From Bacteroidaceae bacterium (GTDB lineage Bacteria; Bacteroidota; Bacteroidia; Bacteroidales; Bacteroidaceae): a stretch of 64,000 nt of DNA. Each line of letters begins with the position of its first letter. Positions within the stretch are counted from its first letter, which is position 1. A program made the position numbers and the translations under genes. This document shows positions 18,448 to 27,900 of the stretch, one piece after another. The DNA lies in assembly GCA_017616445.1 (NCBI GenBank), contig JAFZYE010000004.1:28841-92840 (forward strand). Reading direction: 5' to 3'. The notes beneath the pieces were generated by a model. The model made no database searches, was not told the origin of the DNA, and saw only the letters and a list, made by a program, of their open reading frames with translations.

Positions 18448-20325
18448 ATGGGGCGGCTGTTGCTCATAGTGGTGTTCCTTGTCTGTGGGGTTGCTGGCTG
18501 GAGTCAGCAACTGCCTGACGGTGTGGCATCCAGACTGGAACAGCTGGGCCTCGATATGAAACGAAACAAATGGCGTGAGCGGCTCAGTTTCCCTGAATTG
18601 CAAGTCTATGAGAATGCAAGTAATTCCAGCTTTTTCATTGTAGCAACCTCAGACTATGCCCGCTATTTGCAGAATCCAGTACTTGCCTACAGCACGGAGA
18701 GCGGCTATCGAGTCACTTTGTCGGAATGGAAGGAAAACCTCATCAGATCGTACCAAGAGCAACTGCAGCAACTGAGACAGACCCACCCTCAATCATCATA
18801 TCATCTTCCCTTTGGGGAGATAAGAGTGGGGCCTCTCATCAAGACAAAATGGGGACAGGACGAACCCTACAACGATCAATGTCCAGAGTTGATCGCTCCT
18901 TACTCTCGCAAACTGACAGGATGTGTGGCGACAGCGATGTCGCAGTTGATGTACTATCATCGCCACCCAATGAAGGGTAGGGGACACTATGTGGGAGGTA
19001 GAGAAGGGGCGAAGGTTGAGATTGATTTCAATCAGTTTACTCCTCAGTGGAATCAGATGCTGTTGGAGTATTCTGCAACTCGCAGCAACAAGCAGCAGGC
19101 AGAACCTGTTGCTGAATTGATGGGTGTGAATGCAAGAGCTGTCTCATCGGATTTCAAGCTGGCAGACACAGCGTCTGACCATTTGGCTGCAAGGACGGTG
19201 TTGGTGAACTTCTGGGGCTATTCGCCTGCGTGTAAGTTTATCCGTAGCGACAAGCAGAGAGACCTGATGGCAATGATTACCCAGAACCTGCAAGAGCGCT
19301 TGCCTGTATTGGTGACTGGAGGGGGACATTCTTTCTTGTGTGATGGTCAGAATGGAGACTATTATCATTTCAACTTAGGATGGCGAGGGGATGCGAATGG
19401 ATATTATCGCTTTTTGGTTGATGAGCATGTGGATGAGTCGAAACTGAAGGTGCGAATCATGCAGGAACTCGTGTGCGATATACAGCCAGAACATGAGCAC
19501 CAAGCTGTGGAGTTGTCTGTGTCGCTTCACAAACCTGGTTTGTTGGCGAAGGCGCTGAAACAGAAGGGCGTTTCTCCGCAGCTTGTGACCAGGCTGAAGC
19601 TCTCAGGGCAGTTAAACGGTAAGGATGTCGCTCTGCTGCGGCGAATGGCTGGGGCGGTGGATGCCTGGAATGGCGTTGCTGAGGATCTCATAGACGACAG
19701 AGAGAAGTGGACAGGTCGATTGACTGCTCTGGATTTGACGGATGTCCTGTTTGTGAAAGACGACAGCTATCCTTACCTGCGCATCAAGGCCAACAAGGGA
19801 CGATTCAGTTGGCAGAAGAAAGAATATGTGGTGAGCGAACTGACATCAGCAGAATTCCGAAAGTTCATCAAGCGTTATGTGGGACACGGAGCGGGTTATA
19901 GTTATGCTGAATATGGCGAGGAGCGCTGTGTGGAGTTTTACCTTCTGGCACAAACCATCTCGCCCCTGATGTTCTTCGATTGTCAGAACCTGACAGAAAT
20001 CATGTTGCCCAGGAACGTGAAGAAGATACTCGGAGGAGCCTTCCAATGGTGCAATTCGCTGACAAGGGTCGCATTACCTCCATCCGTGAAGGAGGTGGAG
20101 GCAGGTGCTTTCGCAGAATGCTATCTGTTGCAGGAAGTAGTGGTAACAACCATACCGACAGAAACCTGTCATCATGTCTTCCCCTTTAAGAAGACAGGTC
20201 AGTATGGGCAATTTGTGGAGAATCGTCATCAGGGCATCTTCGAAGGAAACAACAAGATGACCTGCAAAGGTTTGGTGAAGGATGGGGTAGTGTTGACATC
20301 CTTAAAATATAAAAAGGTGTTGTAG
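18448..20325 (+). CDS. C10 (streptopain-like) cysteine peptidase fused to a C-terminal BspA-type LRR region
   Basis: Signal peptide; KTKWGQDEPYNDQCP...TGCVATAMSQLMYYH (catalytic Cys block); GGGHSFLCDG (His block); LRR-like C-terminus (...IMLPRNVKKILGGAFQWCNSLTRVALPPSVKEVEAGAFAEC). Confidence 0.8.
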   Translation: MGRLLLIVVFLVCGVAGWSQQLPDGVASRLEQLGLDMKRNKWRERLSFPELQVYENASNSSFFIVATSDYARYLQNPVLAYSTESGYRVTLSEWKENLIRSYQEQLQQLRQTHPQSSYHLPFGEIRVGPLIKTKWGQDEPYNDQCPELIAPYSRKLTGCVATAMSQLMYYHRHPMKGRGHYVGGREGAKVEIDFNQFTPQWNQMLLEYSATRSNKQQAEPVAELMGVNARAVSSDFKLADTASDHLAARTVLVNFWGYSPACKFIRSDKQRDLMAMITQNLQERLPVLVTGGGHSFLCDGQNGDYYHFNLGWRGDANGYYRFLVDEHVDESKLKVRIMQELVCDIQPEHEHQAVELSVSLHKPGLLAKALKQKGVSPQLVTRLKLSGQLNGKDVALLRRMAGAVDAWNGVAEDLIDDREKWTGRLTALDLTDVLFVKDDSYPYLRIKANKGRFSWQKKEYVVSELTSAEFRKFIKRYVGHGAGYSYAEYGEERCVEFYLLAQTISPLMFFDCQNLTEIMLPRNVKKILGGAFQWCNSLTRVALPPSVKEVEAGAFAECYLLQEVVVTTIPTETCHHVFPFKKTGQYGQFVENRHQGIFEGNNKMTCKGLVKDGVVLTSLKYKKVL

Positions 20326-20446
20326 CAATTACTATTTCTTTGCGGTTTTTGATTTTTCTTGAAAAAATTTTGTGATATAATAAAAAAGCCATATCTTTGC
20401 AATTCAAAGAGTGAATAGTATTAATCCTTTAATAACAAATAGACTT

Positions 20447-21400
20447 ATGAAAAAATCTAGTTTAGGTATTTTGGCAACAATAGCTCTTGGCTTCGTTGCA
20501 TTGTTTACTGCATGTAGCAGTGATTCCAAGGAAGAGCCTGTAACCGATTATAACGCAGGTGAGTTCAAGATTATCAATACCACCAGAGGTAATAAGGAAT
20601 TGGTGGATGGCTCTGTAGAAATCTACAAGGGCGATGTCCTCAAGATTCAATTCAGCCCTAAGTACAAGAAGAACTTCACGACAGAATACTCTGTTTATGT
20701 GGGCAAGAATAAGTTTAATATTGAAAACGATCAGTTTAAGGTCACCACAGGTGATACTGATTACGCTTTCACCCTTAAAGCAACTTATGACGAGGGAGAA
20801 ACGCACCTTTCTGCAAGCCAGAACATTACAATCAAGCAGAAGTATAAGGTGACCGTTCCTTACGTATTGTATATTACTGAAGACCTGAAAGACCTTGTAA
20901 AGGTAAATGTTGACTACAGCAACGAGGAAGGCAAGACCTATCCAATGGAAGAGTTGCCAGGCTATACCTTCGAAACGCACGACGATGTATATACATACGA
21001 GGAAGATGGCTTTACCTACTATGTCTTCAACAAGCAACAAGCAGAGGCCTATGAAGTTCATGATGGTCCATTGAGCGCAAATACAGCTCCGATGTTGGTA
21101 CTGGAGATTCCTTACTATCGTTTCAACATCGACACAGAGATTATCCTGACTTATCAGCAGAAGGCAGATGTAGAGGAACGTGAGTACAATATCGGTCGTG
21201 ATTTCCAGCGTAAGAGAGCTACTGTCGTTTCTCCAACAGAAGGAGCCAGCGATAAAGATTGGAAATACTCATTGCCAATGTTTACTGGTACAAAGATGAC
21301 TGCTAGTAAGACAAGGGAATATATCGGTAAGATTATTAAAGAAAAGGATGTAATCAAACTTCATATCGATAGTGATGGTAATGTAACAGAAAGAAAGTAA
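20447..21400 (+). CDS. hypothetical lipoprotein
   Basis: MKKSSLGILATIALGFVALFTACSS lipobox. I recognised no domain. The ORF track begins at an upstream GTG, but the ATG at 20447 fits the signal peptide. Confidence 0.6.
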   Translation: MKKSSLGILATIALGFVALFTACSSDSKEEPVTDYNAGEFKIINTTRGNKELVDGSVEIYKGDVLKIQFSPKYKKNFTTEYSVYVGKNKFNIENDQFKVTTGDTDYAFTLKATYDEGETHLSASQNITIKQKYKVTVPYVLYITEDLKDLVKVNVDYSNEEGKTYPMEELPGYTFETHDDVYTYEEDGFTYYVFNKQQAEAYEVHDGPLSANTAPMLVLEIPYYRFNIDTEIILTYQQKADVEEREYNIGRDFQRKRATVVSPTEGASDKDWKYSLPMFTGTKMTASKTREYIGKIIKEKDVIKLHIDSDGNVTERK

Positions 21401-21423
21401 GTTAACAAGTAGTTAAAATAAAT

Positions 21424-21458
21424 AAGGTGTCGATTCGATTTCGACACCTTATTTATTT
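21424..21458. terminator. hairpin terminator between the lipoprotein gene and tRNA-His
   Basis: AAGGTGTCGA-TTCGATT-TCGACACCTT followed by ATTTATTTT. Confidence 0.7.
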
Positions 21459-21463
21459 TCTTT

Positions 21464-21541
21464 TGGGGTGGAGGGTCGGACTCGAACCGACGACATTCAG
21501 AACCACAATCTGACGCTCTAACCAACTGAACTACATCCACC
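21464..21541 (-). tRNA. tRNA-His (GTG anticodon), CCA encoded
   Basis: Reverse complement GGTGGATGTAGTTCAGTTGGTTAGAGCGTCAGATTGTGGTTCTGAATGTCGTCGGTTCGAGTCCGACCCTCCACCCCA. It has D and T arms, anticodon loop TTGTGGT, and an extra 5' G typical of tRNA-His. Confidence 0.9.
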
Positions 21542-21686
21542 ATTTCTGCTCTCATTTCTGAAAGCGAGTGCAAAGGTAGTAAAAATTTACCATTTGACAA
21601 TTTACTATTTGCGTTTTTTTTGCAAAATCTGCATTTTTTTTAATAAATCATCAAAAAAACGTTCCTTTGACGAACAAATCAGTCGT

Positions 21687-22568
21687 TTATTTGTAGAATT
21701 CCTTCTTTCCTGCTGATAAGGTATTCTTCATCAGCGAACAGATGGTCATCGGACCTACGCCACCTGGGACAGGAGTGATGAATGAGCACTTGGGTGCTAC
21801 GTTGTCGAAGTCAACATCGCCACAGAGACGGAATCCACTCTTGCGAGTTGCATCAGGAACTCGTGTAGTTCCTACATCGATGATTACAGCACCTGGCTTC
21901 ACCATATCGGCAGTAACGAAGTGTGGTTGTCCGAGAGCTGCAATGATGATGTCGGCTCGCAGACATTCCTCCTTGATGTTGGGTGTGTGGCTATGACAAA
22001 CGGTAACGGTTGCATCACCTGGATAACGCTTCTGCATCATGAGTTGCGCCATAGGCTTTCCTACGATGTTTGAACGTCCGAGTACCACGCAGTGCTTGCC
22101 ACTTGTCTCAATATTATAGTATTTGAATAATTGCAGGATACCGTTAGGGGTTGCGCTGATGTAGCAGGGTAGTCCGATTGCCATACGTCCCACATTGATA
22201 GGGTGGAACCCGTCTACATCTTTACGATAATCGATAGCCTCGATAATCTTCTGTTCAGAGATGTGCTTTGGTAAGGGGAGTTGCACGATGAAACCATCCA
22301 CATCGTTATCTTTGTTGAACTTGTCGACTTGAGCAAGCAGTTCGGCTTCTGTGACATCGTCCTCATAGCGAATGAGTGTGGAGGTGAATCCGCACTGTTC
22401 ACATGAAAGCACCTTATTATGTACATAGGTCTCGCTACCTCCATCGTGCCCTACGAGTATGGCTGCCAGATGTGGTCGCTTGCCTCCTGCTTGGAGAATC
22501 TGCTCTACTTCGTTTGCTATCTCTTGCTTGATGGCTGTTGCTACAGCCTTTCCGTCGATTAATGTCAT
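21687..22568 (-). CDS. folD: bifunctional methylenetetrahydrofolate dehydrogenase/cyclohydrolase
   Basis: 293 aa: [10 protein letters not shown]...[16 protein letters not shown]...[10 protein letters not shown]. Confidence 0.95.
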   Translation of the reverse strand: MTLIDGKAVATAIKQEIANEVEQILQAGGKRPHLAAILVGHDGGSETYVHNKVLSCEQCGFTSTLIRYEDDVTEAELLAQVDKFNKDNDVDGFIVQLPLPKHISEQKIIEAIDYRKDVDGFHPINVGRMAIGLPCYISATPNGILQLFKYYNIETSGKHCVVLGRSNIVGKPMAQLMMQKRYPGDATVTVCHSHTPNIKEECLRADIIIAALGQPHFVTADMVKPGAVIIDVGTTRVPDATRKSGFRLCGDVDFDNVAPKCSFITPVPGGVGPMTICSLMKNTLSAGKKEFYK

Positions 22569-22586
22569 GGGTTAAAGGTTTTTAGA

Positions 22587-22644
22587 GGCCTAATTGGGCT
22601 AATGGGCCTAAATGGGTTTATGAGTCTAATGGGCCTTATGGGTT
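22587..22644. repeat. 9-10-bp word array (CTAATGGGC family), ffh-folD spacer
   Basis: ggcctaattgggctaatgggcctaaatgggtttatgagtctaatgggccttatgggtt. Confidence 0.8.
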
Positions 22645-22645
22645 A

Positions 22646-23971
22646 TTATCTTCTTGGCATGTTGCGCATGAGGTTGTTGAATTTGCTGCCTGTCATCATC
22701 TTCATCATCTTACGCATCTGTTCGAATTGCTTGGTGATGCGATTCACCTCCTCGAGACTGTTTCCACTACCTTTCGCAATGCGTGTACGGCGGCTTTGAT
22801 TGATGCAGTCAGGGTGCTCACGTTCGTAAGGAGTCATGGAACTGATCATTGCTTCAACTTTCTTGAAGGCATTATCATCGATGTCGAGGTCTTTGATTTG
22901 TTTACCCACACCAGGAATCATGGAAGCGAGGTCTTTGATGTTACCCATCTTCTTCACCTGCTGAATCTGGCTGAGGAAATCATTGTAGTCGAACTTGTTT
23001 TTCTTGATGCGTTGTTCCAGTCGTTTGGCTTCTTTCTCGTCAAACTGCTGCTGGGCACGTTCCACGAGACTGACGATATCGCCCATTCCCAAGATGCGGT
23101 CAGCCATACGTGACGGGTGGAACACATCGAGTGCCTCCATCTTTTCGCCTGTACCTACGAACTTGATAGGTTTATCGACAACGGTGCGGATAGAAAGAGC
23201 AGCGCCACCACGAGTGTCTCCATCGAGCTTGGTGAGGATCACACCATCGATTTCGAGGCGCTCGTTGAATATCTTAGCGGTATTGACGGCATCCTGACCT
23301 GTCATTGCATCGACTACGAGGAGAGTCTCGTCAGGATTGCATGCCGACTTGATCTGCTGAATCTGTAGCATCAGTTCTTCATCGATGGACTGACGTCCCG
23401 CAGTATCGACAATGACGGTATCGTATCCTTTTGCACGAGCTTCTGCAATTGCTTTTTGCGCAACTTCAACAGGGTCGGTTGCTCCGAGTTCCATGTAGAT
23501 AGGTACTCCCACCTGATCTGCCAAAACACGCAACTGTTCCATAGCGGCAGGACGGAATGTGTCGCAAGCTGCGAGGAGCGGTTTGCGATGCATTTGGTTC
23601 TTGAGCAGGAGTGCCAACTTACCACTCATTGTGGTTTTACCAGCACCGTTCAAACCAGCCATGAGTATGACTGCAGGACGGCTGGTGAGGTTGAGCTCTG
23701 TGGCCTGACCGCCCATCAACTCTGTCAGCTCATCGTGAACGATTTTTACCATCAACTGGCTTGGCTTGACAGCTGTGAGAACGTTCTGTCCCAGCGCTTT
23801 CTGCTTCACTGTATCTGTGAATGTCTTGGCAACTTTATAGTTTACGTCGGCTTCAAGCAAAGCCTTGCGGACATCCTTGAGGGTCTCTGCTACGTTGATT
23901 TCGGTGATTTTTCCTTCACCTTTCAGTATCTTAAACGACCGTTCCAGTCGTTCGCTTAGGTTTTCAAACAT
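22646..23971 (-). CDS. ffh: signal recognition particle protein Ffh
   Basis: MFENLSERL..., GLNGAGKTT, DTAGR, TKLDGDTRGGAA, and a Met-rich M domain. Confidence 0.95.
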   Translation of the reverse strand: MFENLSERLERSFKILKGEGKITEINVAETLKDVRKALLEADVNYKVAKTFTDTVKQKALGQNVLTAVKPSQLMVKIVHDELTELMGGQATELNLTSRPAVILMAGLNGAGKTTMSGKLALLLKNQMHRKPLLAACDTFRPAAMEQLRVLADQVGVPIYMELGATDPVEVAQKAIAEARAKGYDTVIVDTAGRQSIDEELMLQIQQIKSACNPDETLLVVDAMTGQDAVNTAKIFNERLEIDGVILTKLDGDTRGGAALSIRTVVDKPIKFVGTGEKMEALDVFHPSRMADRILGMGDIVSLVERAQQQFDEKEAKRLEQRIKKNKFDYNDFLSQIQQVKKMGNIKDLASMIPGVGKQIKDLDIDDNAFKKVEAMISSMTPYEREHPDCINQSRRTRIAKGSGNSLEEVNRITKQFEQMRKMMKMMTGSKFNNLMRNMPRR

Positions 23972-23987
23972 GTTATTCTATTTCTAA

Positions 23988-24023
23988 GTTTATGAGTCTA
24001 ATAGGGCTTATGTGGCCAATGGG
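23988..24023. repeat. same CTAATGGGC-family word array, dedA-ffh spacer
   Basis: gtttatgagtctaatagggcttatgtggccaatggg shares GTTTATGAGTCTAAT plus about 11 more nt with 22616-22644. Confidence 0.8.
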
Positions 24024-24025
24024 AA

Positions 24026-24658
24026 TTATTTCTTCACGCCTTTGTAGATAAAGAAAGCGATGAGTGCAATGACCAGTACAATGGCTGTGATGCCGATAAT
24101 GTGGCTGTAGTGGGCAATGATGTCAATCAGTTGCTGCTTCGGCATCGTGCTGTGAAAAGCATATCCGATTCCCACGAGAATGCTGTTCCACACCGTTGCT
24201 CCGATAGCTGTGTATAGCATGAAGGGCAGGATGTTCATCTTAGCAAGGCCTGCAGGGATGGATATGAGTTGTCGGATGGCTGGTATCATTCTTCCAATGA
24301 GGGTTGAGACTGCTCCGTATTTGTCAAAGTACTTCTCTGCTTTCTCCACTTTCTCAGCATCAATGAGACACATGTGCCCAAATCGGCTATTAGCAAACGC
24401 ATAGACGATGGGGCGTCCCAAAGTGCGAGCCAGTATGTAGTTGACAAGTGCTCCTATCAATGCTCCTATGGAACCACATGTGATAATCATAGGGAACGAC
24501 ATCTCGCCAGTCTCTGCTGCCATATATGCTGCAGGAATCATCACTACTTCAGAGGGAAACGGAATGAATGAACTCTCGATTGCCATAAACAGGATGATCC
24601 ATCCGTAGTTGAGGTTGTCGAGTGCCCCGTTAGTAAGATTGAGTATAAATTCTTCCAT
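24026..24658 (-). CDS. DedA family membrane protein
   Basis: 210 aa polytopic protein: ...ESSFIPFPSEVVMIPAAY...GRMIPAIRQLISIPAG. Confidence 0.85.
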   Translation of the reverse strand: MEEFILNLTNGALDNLNYGWIILFMAIESSFIPFPSEVVMIPAAYMAAETGEMSFPMIITCGSIGALIGALVNYILARTLGRPIVYAFANSRFGHMCLIDAEKVEKAEKYFDKYGAVSTLIGRMIPAIRQLISIPAGLAKMNILPFMLYTAIGATVWNSILVGIGYAFHSTMPKQQLIDIIAHYSHIIGITAIVLVIALIAFFIYKGVKK

Positions 24659-24781
24659 ATTTTTCCAATTCGGAGTGCAAAGTTAGTGATTTTCGGCGAA
24701 AAGTGAAATGTGAAAAGTGAAAAATCGTATGTTTTTTGCAAATTATTATGATTTATGCATGATGAATTATGAATTATTTTG

Positions 24782-24789
24782 TAACTTTG
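24782..24789 (+). promoter_or_regulatory. -7 box (TAACTTTG) for the leader RNA / nuclease-helicase
   Basis: Exact match, preceded by an ATGCAT/ATGAATT array at 24741-24780. Confidence 0.55.
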
Positions 24790-24795
24790 CACCCG

Positions 24796-24944
24796 CAAAA
24801 CGGGTAAGTCCTATACGGCCAGCTCCTTGTAAATCCTCCAGGGCTTGATCGCAGCAAAGGCAGCAGGTTGTAGCGGCGCGATGTAGATTGCTTACCCACC
24901 CCATAGGAAAAGGAAGACTCACGCGAGATCTTCCTTTTCTTCTT
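24796..24944 (+). ncRNA. structured leader / small RNA of unknown class (promoter to intrinsic terminator), 5' of the nuclease-helicase gene
   Basis: -7 box TAACTTTG at 24782-24789. Hairpin CCCG/CGGG at 24792-24804. GGGTAAG (24802-08) pairs with CTTACCC (24891-97). TCCTAT (24809-14) pairs with ATAGGA (24903-08). Terminator stem AAAGGAAGA (24909-17) / TCTTCCTTT (24929-37) is followed by a T-rich run. The ends are approximate. Confidence 0.45.
24909..24944 (+). terminator. intrinsic terminator/attenuator at the end of the leader RNA
   Basis: 9-bp stem, 11-nt loop, and a T-rich tail, ending about 17 nt before the helicase ATG. Confidence 0.6.
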
Positions 24945-24960
24945 AAAAACGACTCCTGAC

Positions 24961-27900
24961 ATGAACCCTGAACAGTGGAACGACATTATCGAGATGTATG
25001 GCTCGGAGCAATCACTTAGAGTCAAATACTCCTTTTATTATCATCTGTTACACAGGGTTTGTACGGAGTGTCTGCGAGGTCTTACAACAACGTATAACGA
25101 CTTCTTCTCACGTTTGCAGGCTGTATGTCGACTGACGAATTACCGACTTTATGAGGTAGACCGTTTTCGCTGGCGTGCCCGACGAGTGATGCAGGGAGAG
25201 GAGGAGCCTCAGTCAGAAACCTATGAAGCGGATATCTGGGCGTTCGTAGAGGCTTATGCCCATTTTACCAAGAGCGCCATTCCGGAAGAGTTGAGAGTTG
25301 CAATCAGGAGTAGGATAGATGTGCGCAAAAATATGGATAAGCAGCCGCACAAAGGGGCAAAGGGTAGTTGTTACAGGTCTATGAGGTTTGTGGTCGACAG
25401 TAAAGACGAAGAATTCATCTATGCCGTATGCGGAAAAATGCCTCGTGAGGACTTATGGAGGATTGACTTCCATCAGAACAGCCAAACATTGGATGCTTCT
25501 GAGTTACTTGAGAACGGTATGCAGTTCAATGCTGTGACTTGTACGATGGATGAACAACGTGGGGTTGTGGTACCTGAGATGCTGATTATTGACCCCGACT
25601 TTCTTGTGGATGTCACCTCTATATGCCGTTGCATGAAGGAATATGGAAGCTCGCCACTTAACTATCTGCTTGATAAGCTGTCGGATGACGATATGTCGAA
25701 GGCGATGATTCTGGGTAATATTGCGGGTCAGTTCCTCGATGACTGTATCAACGACCCCCAAGCCAACTATCTGGATTCGATGCGTAAGGCGTTTAAGGCA
25801 AGTATGATAGACATCACTACGTGTGAGGGTATTGATGCAGACTTTTTTGGCGAGTGTAAGAAGCAGTTTGCGAACATCCGACGAACTGTTGACCAGTTGT
25901 ATGCCGCACCTAACTTCACTGGAGCAGAAGGGAATGTGCAGTTGGAGCCTTCCTTTTTCTGCGAGGCGTTGGGCATTCAGGGGCGATTTGACTTCCTTCA
26001 GTGCGACTATAAGAATCTGATAGAGATGAAATCTGGACAGTGGGACGCTTTTTGTCAGGCAGCAAAACGGGAACACATCATGCAGATGATTCTGTATAAA
26101 GAAATTCTGTATCATAACTTGGGCGTTGCGCAAAATGCCATCAGCGGCTATATTTTCTACTCCAGATACCCGATGTTACAGGAACAGCGAACTGCTCGCG
26201 AAATGGTGTGGCAGATGATGTCAATCCGTAACAGCATCGTGATGGAAGAACGTGGGGTGAGAGACGGCAAGGTGCGAGATTATCTTGGACACCTGACGGC
26301 AGACGACCTGAATCAGAACGGTGTCACCAATAAGTTGTGGACAGATTATAACAAGCCGGATCTCGAAGCGTTTCTGAAACCGATACAAGAAATGGACTCC
26401 CTCACTGCTGACTATTTCTATACTTTCTTTACCTTTATCGCACGAGAGCAATATATGGCGAAGGTAGGCGATAACCGCCCAGATTCGACACGCGGAATGG
26501 CCAGTTTATGGAATGCTGACTTGGAAACCAAGATGCAAAATGGCGATATCATGATTGACCTCACTCTTGTGCAGGATGAAGTGATGTGTACAGGTAAGCC
26601 TATCACCCATGTGACGCTTTTGAAACCAGCAACAGATACTTCTGTGATGGAACTTCCACCGAACTTCAGGGTGGGTGATCCTGTCATCCTCTACCAACGC
26701 AACAAACCAGCCGACAATGCGGTGACTCGTCAGGTACTACGATGCAGTGTGGAGGGTTTTGATAATGATACGCTGACCCTTCAACTGAACCATCCGCAGA
26801 CCAATGTAAGATGGTTCAATCTTGCGAGTCGTTATGCCGTTGAACATGATTATATGGATGCTTCAATGCGTCAGCAGTTTAAAGGGTTGTATGCTTTTTT
26901 GAAGGTGGCATCACAACGACGTGATTTGTTGTTGGGACGCAGGCTGCCGGAGGTGGACGGCTCGCTTAGACTCAAGGGTACATATATGAATCCGCAGATT
27001 GCAAATATTGTGTTGCGAGTTAAGCAGGCGCAGGATTATTTTCTGCTTGTAGGTCCTCCAGGTACAGGTAAGACCTCTGTGGCTTTGAAGGCGATGGTGG
27101 AGGAATATATGCTTGAACATCAGTCGCTACTGCTGATGGCTTATACCAATCGTGCTGTTGATGAAATCTGTGAGATGCTAGCTGACCGTCCCTATATCCG
27201 TTTGGGACGAGATCTTTCGTGTGATCCTGCTTATCGTTCCCATCTGCTTGAAGCGATGGTGGGAGATGATGTCAGCCGCAATGCTGTACGTTCTATGTTG
27301 CTCAATATACCAATTTTAGTGGGAACTGTCAGTTCTGTGTCATCCCATAAGGCCTTGTTTAAATTGCGTCGTTTTGATGTGGCCATCTTAGATGAGGCTT
27401 CACAGATACTCGAACCTCAGCTGCTAGGACTTCTCTGCAACGAACATGACGGAAAGCCATCGATTGATAAGTTCATTATGATTGGTGACCACAAGCAGTT
27501 GCCAGCGGTTGTGTTGCAGGACGAGGAGGTGACAAAGGTCGCATCTTCTCAACTCAATGCGATAGGACTTACGAACTGTAGCAATTCTTTGTTTGAACGT
27601 TTATTCTTTCTTGCGAAGCAGATACCAGATAGATGTGTGACAGCTTCTTTGGATCATCAAGGGCGAATGCACCCAGACATTGCTGCCTTTGTCAATAGAT
27701 TGTTTTATGATGAGCACTTGATGCCTGTGGGATTGAAACATCAGACGGAGCCTCTGCATTATCTTGTCCATACTGAGGCAGAGACCTATGTGGCTACCAC
27801 TCGATTCGGGTTTATCGACATTCCGCTACCCCCATTAGCAGAACGGCAACCCAAGATGAACTTGGCAGAAGCTCAAGCTATAGCAGAGATTGTTGGGCAG

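Noticed and set aside
24796-24944. Interpreting the leader RNA as the SRP (4.5S) RNA gene, because ffh lies 800 bp away and there is similarity to the E. coli 4.5S 3' strand (AGCAGCCAAGGCAG / GATGTAGCTGG).
   Set aside because: I could not build the conserved helix 8. There is no GNAR tetraloop, the apical stem would be only 2 bp, and the asymmetric loop is missing. The RNA also ends in a terminator 17 nt before a gene that has no promoter of its own. I keep it as an alternative to test with covariance models but do not call it.
25504-26133. A 209-aa antisense ORF inside the nuclease-helicase gene. Similar long antisense ORFs occur at 5119-5649, 20462-21061, 39565-40044, 48294-48839, 50751-51401, 52668-53168, 57569-58246 and 63073-63684.
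   Set aside because: All are opposite confidently identified genes (ABC-F, lipoprotein, ROK, dnaX, purB, rluB, pepT, engB) and lack motifs. They are typical shadow frames.
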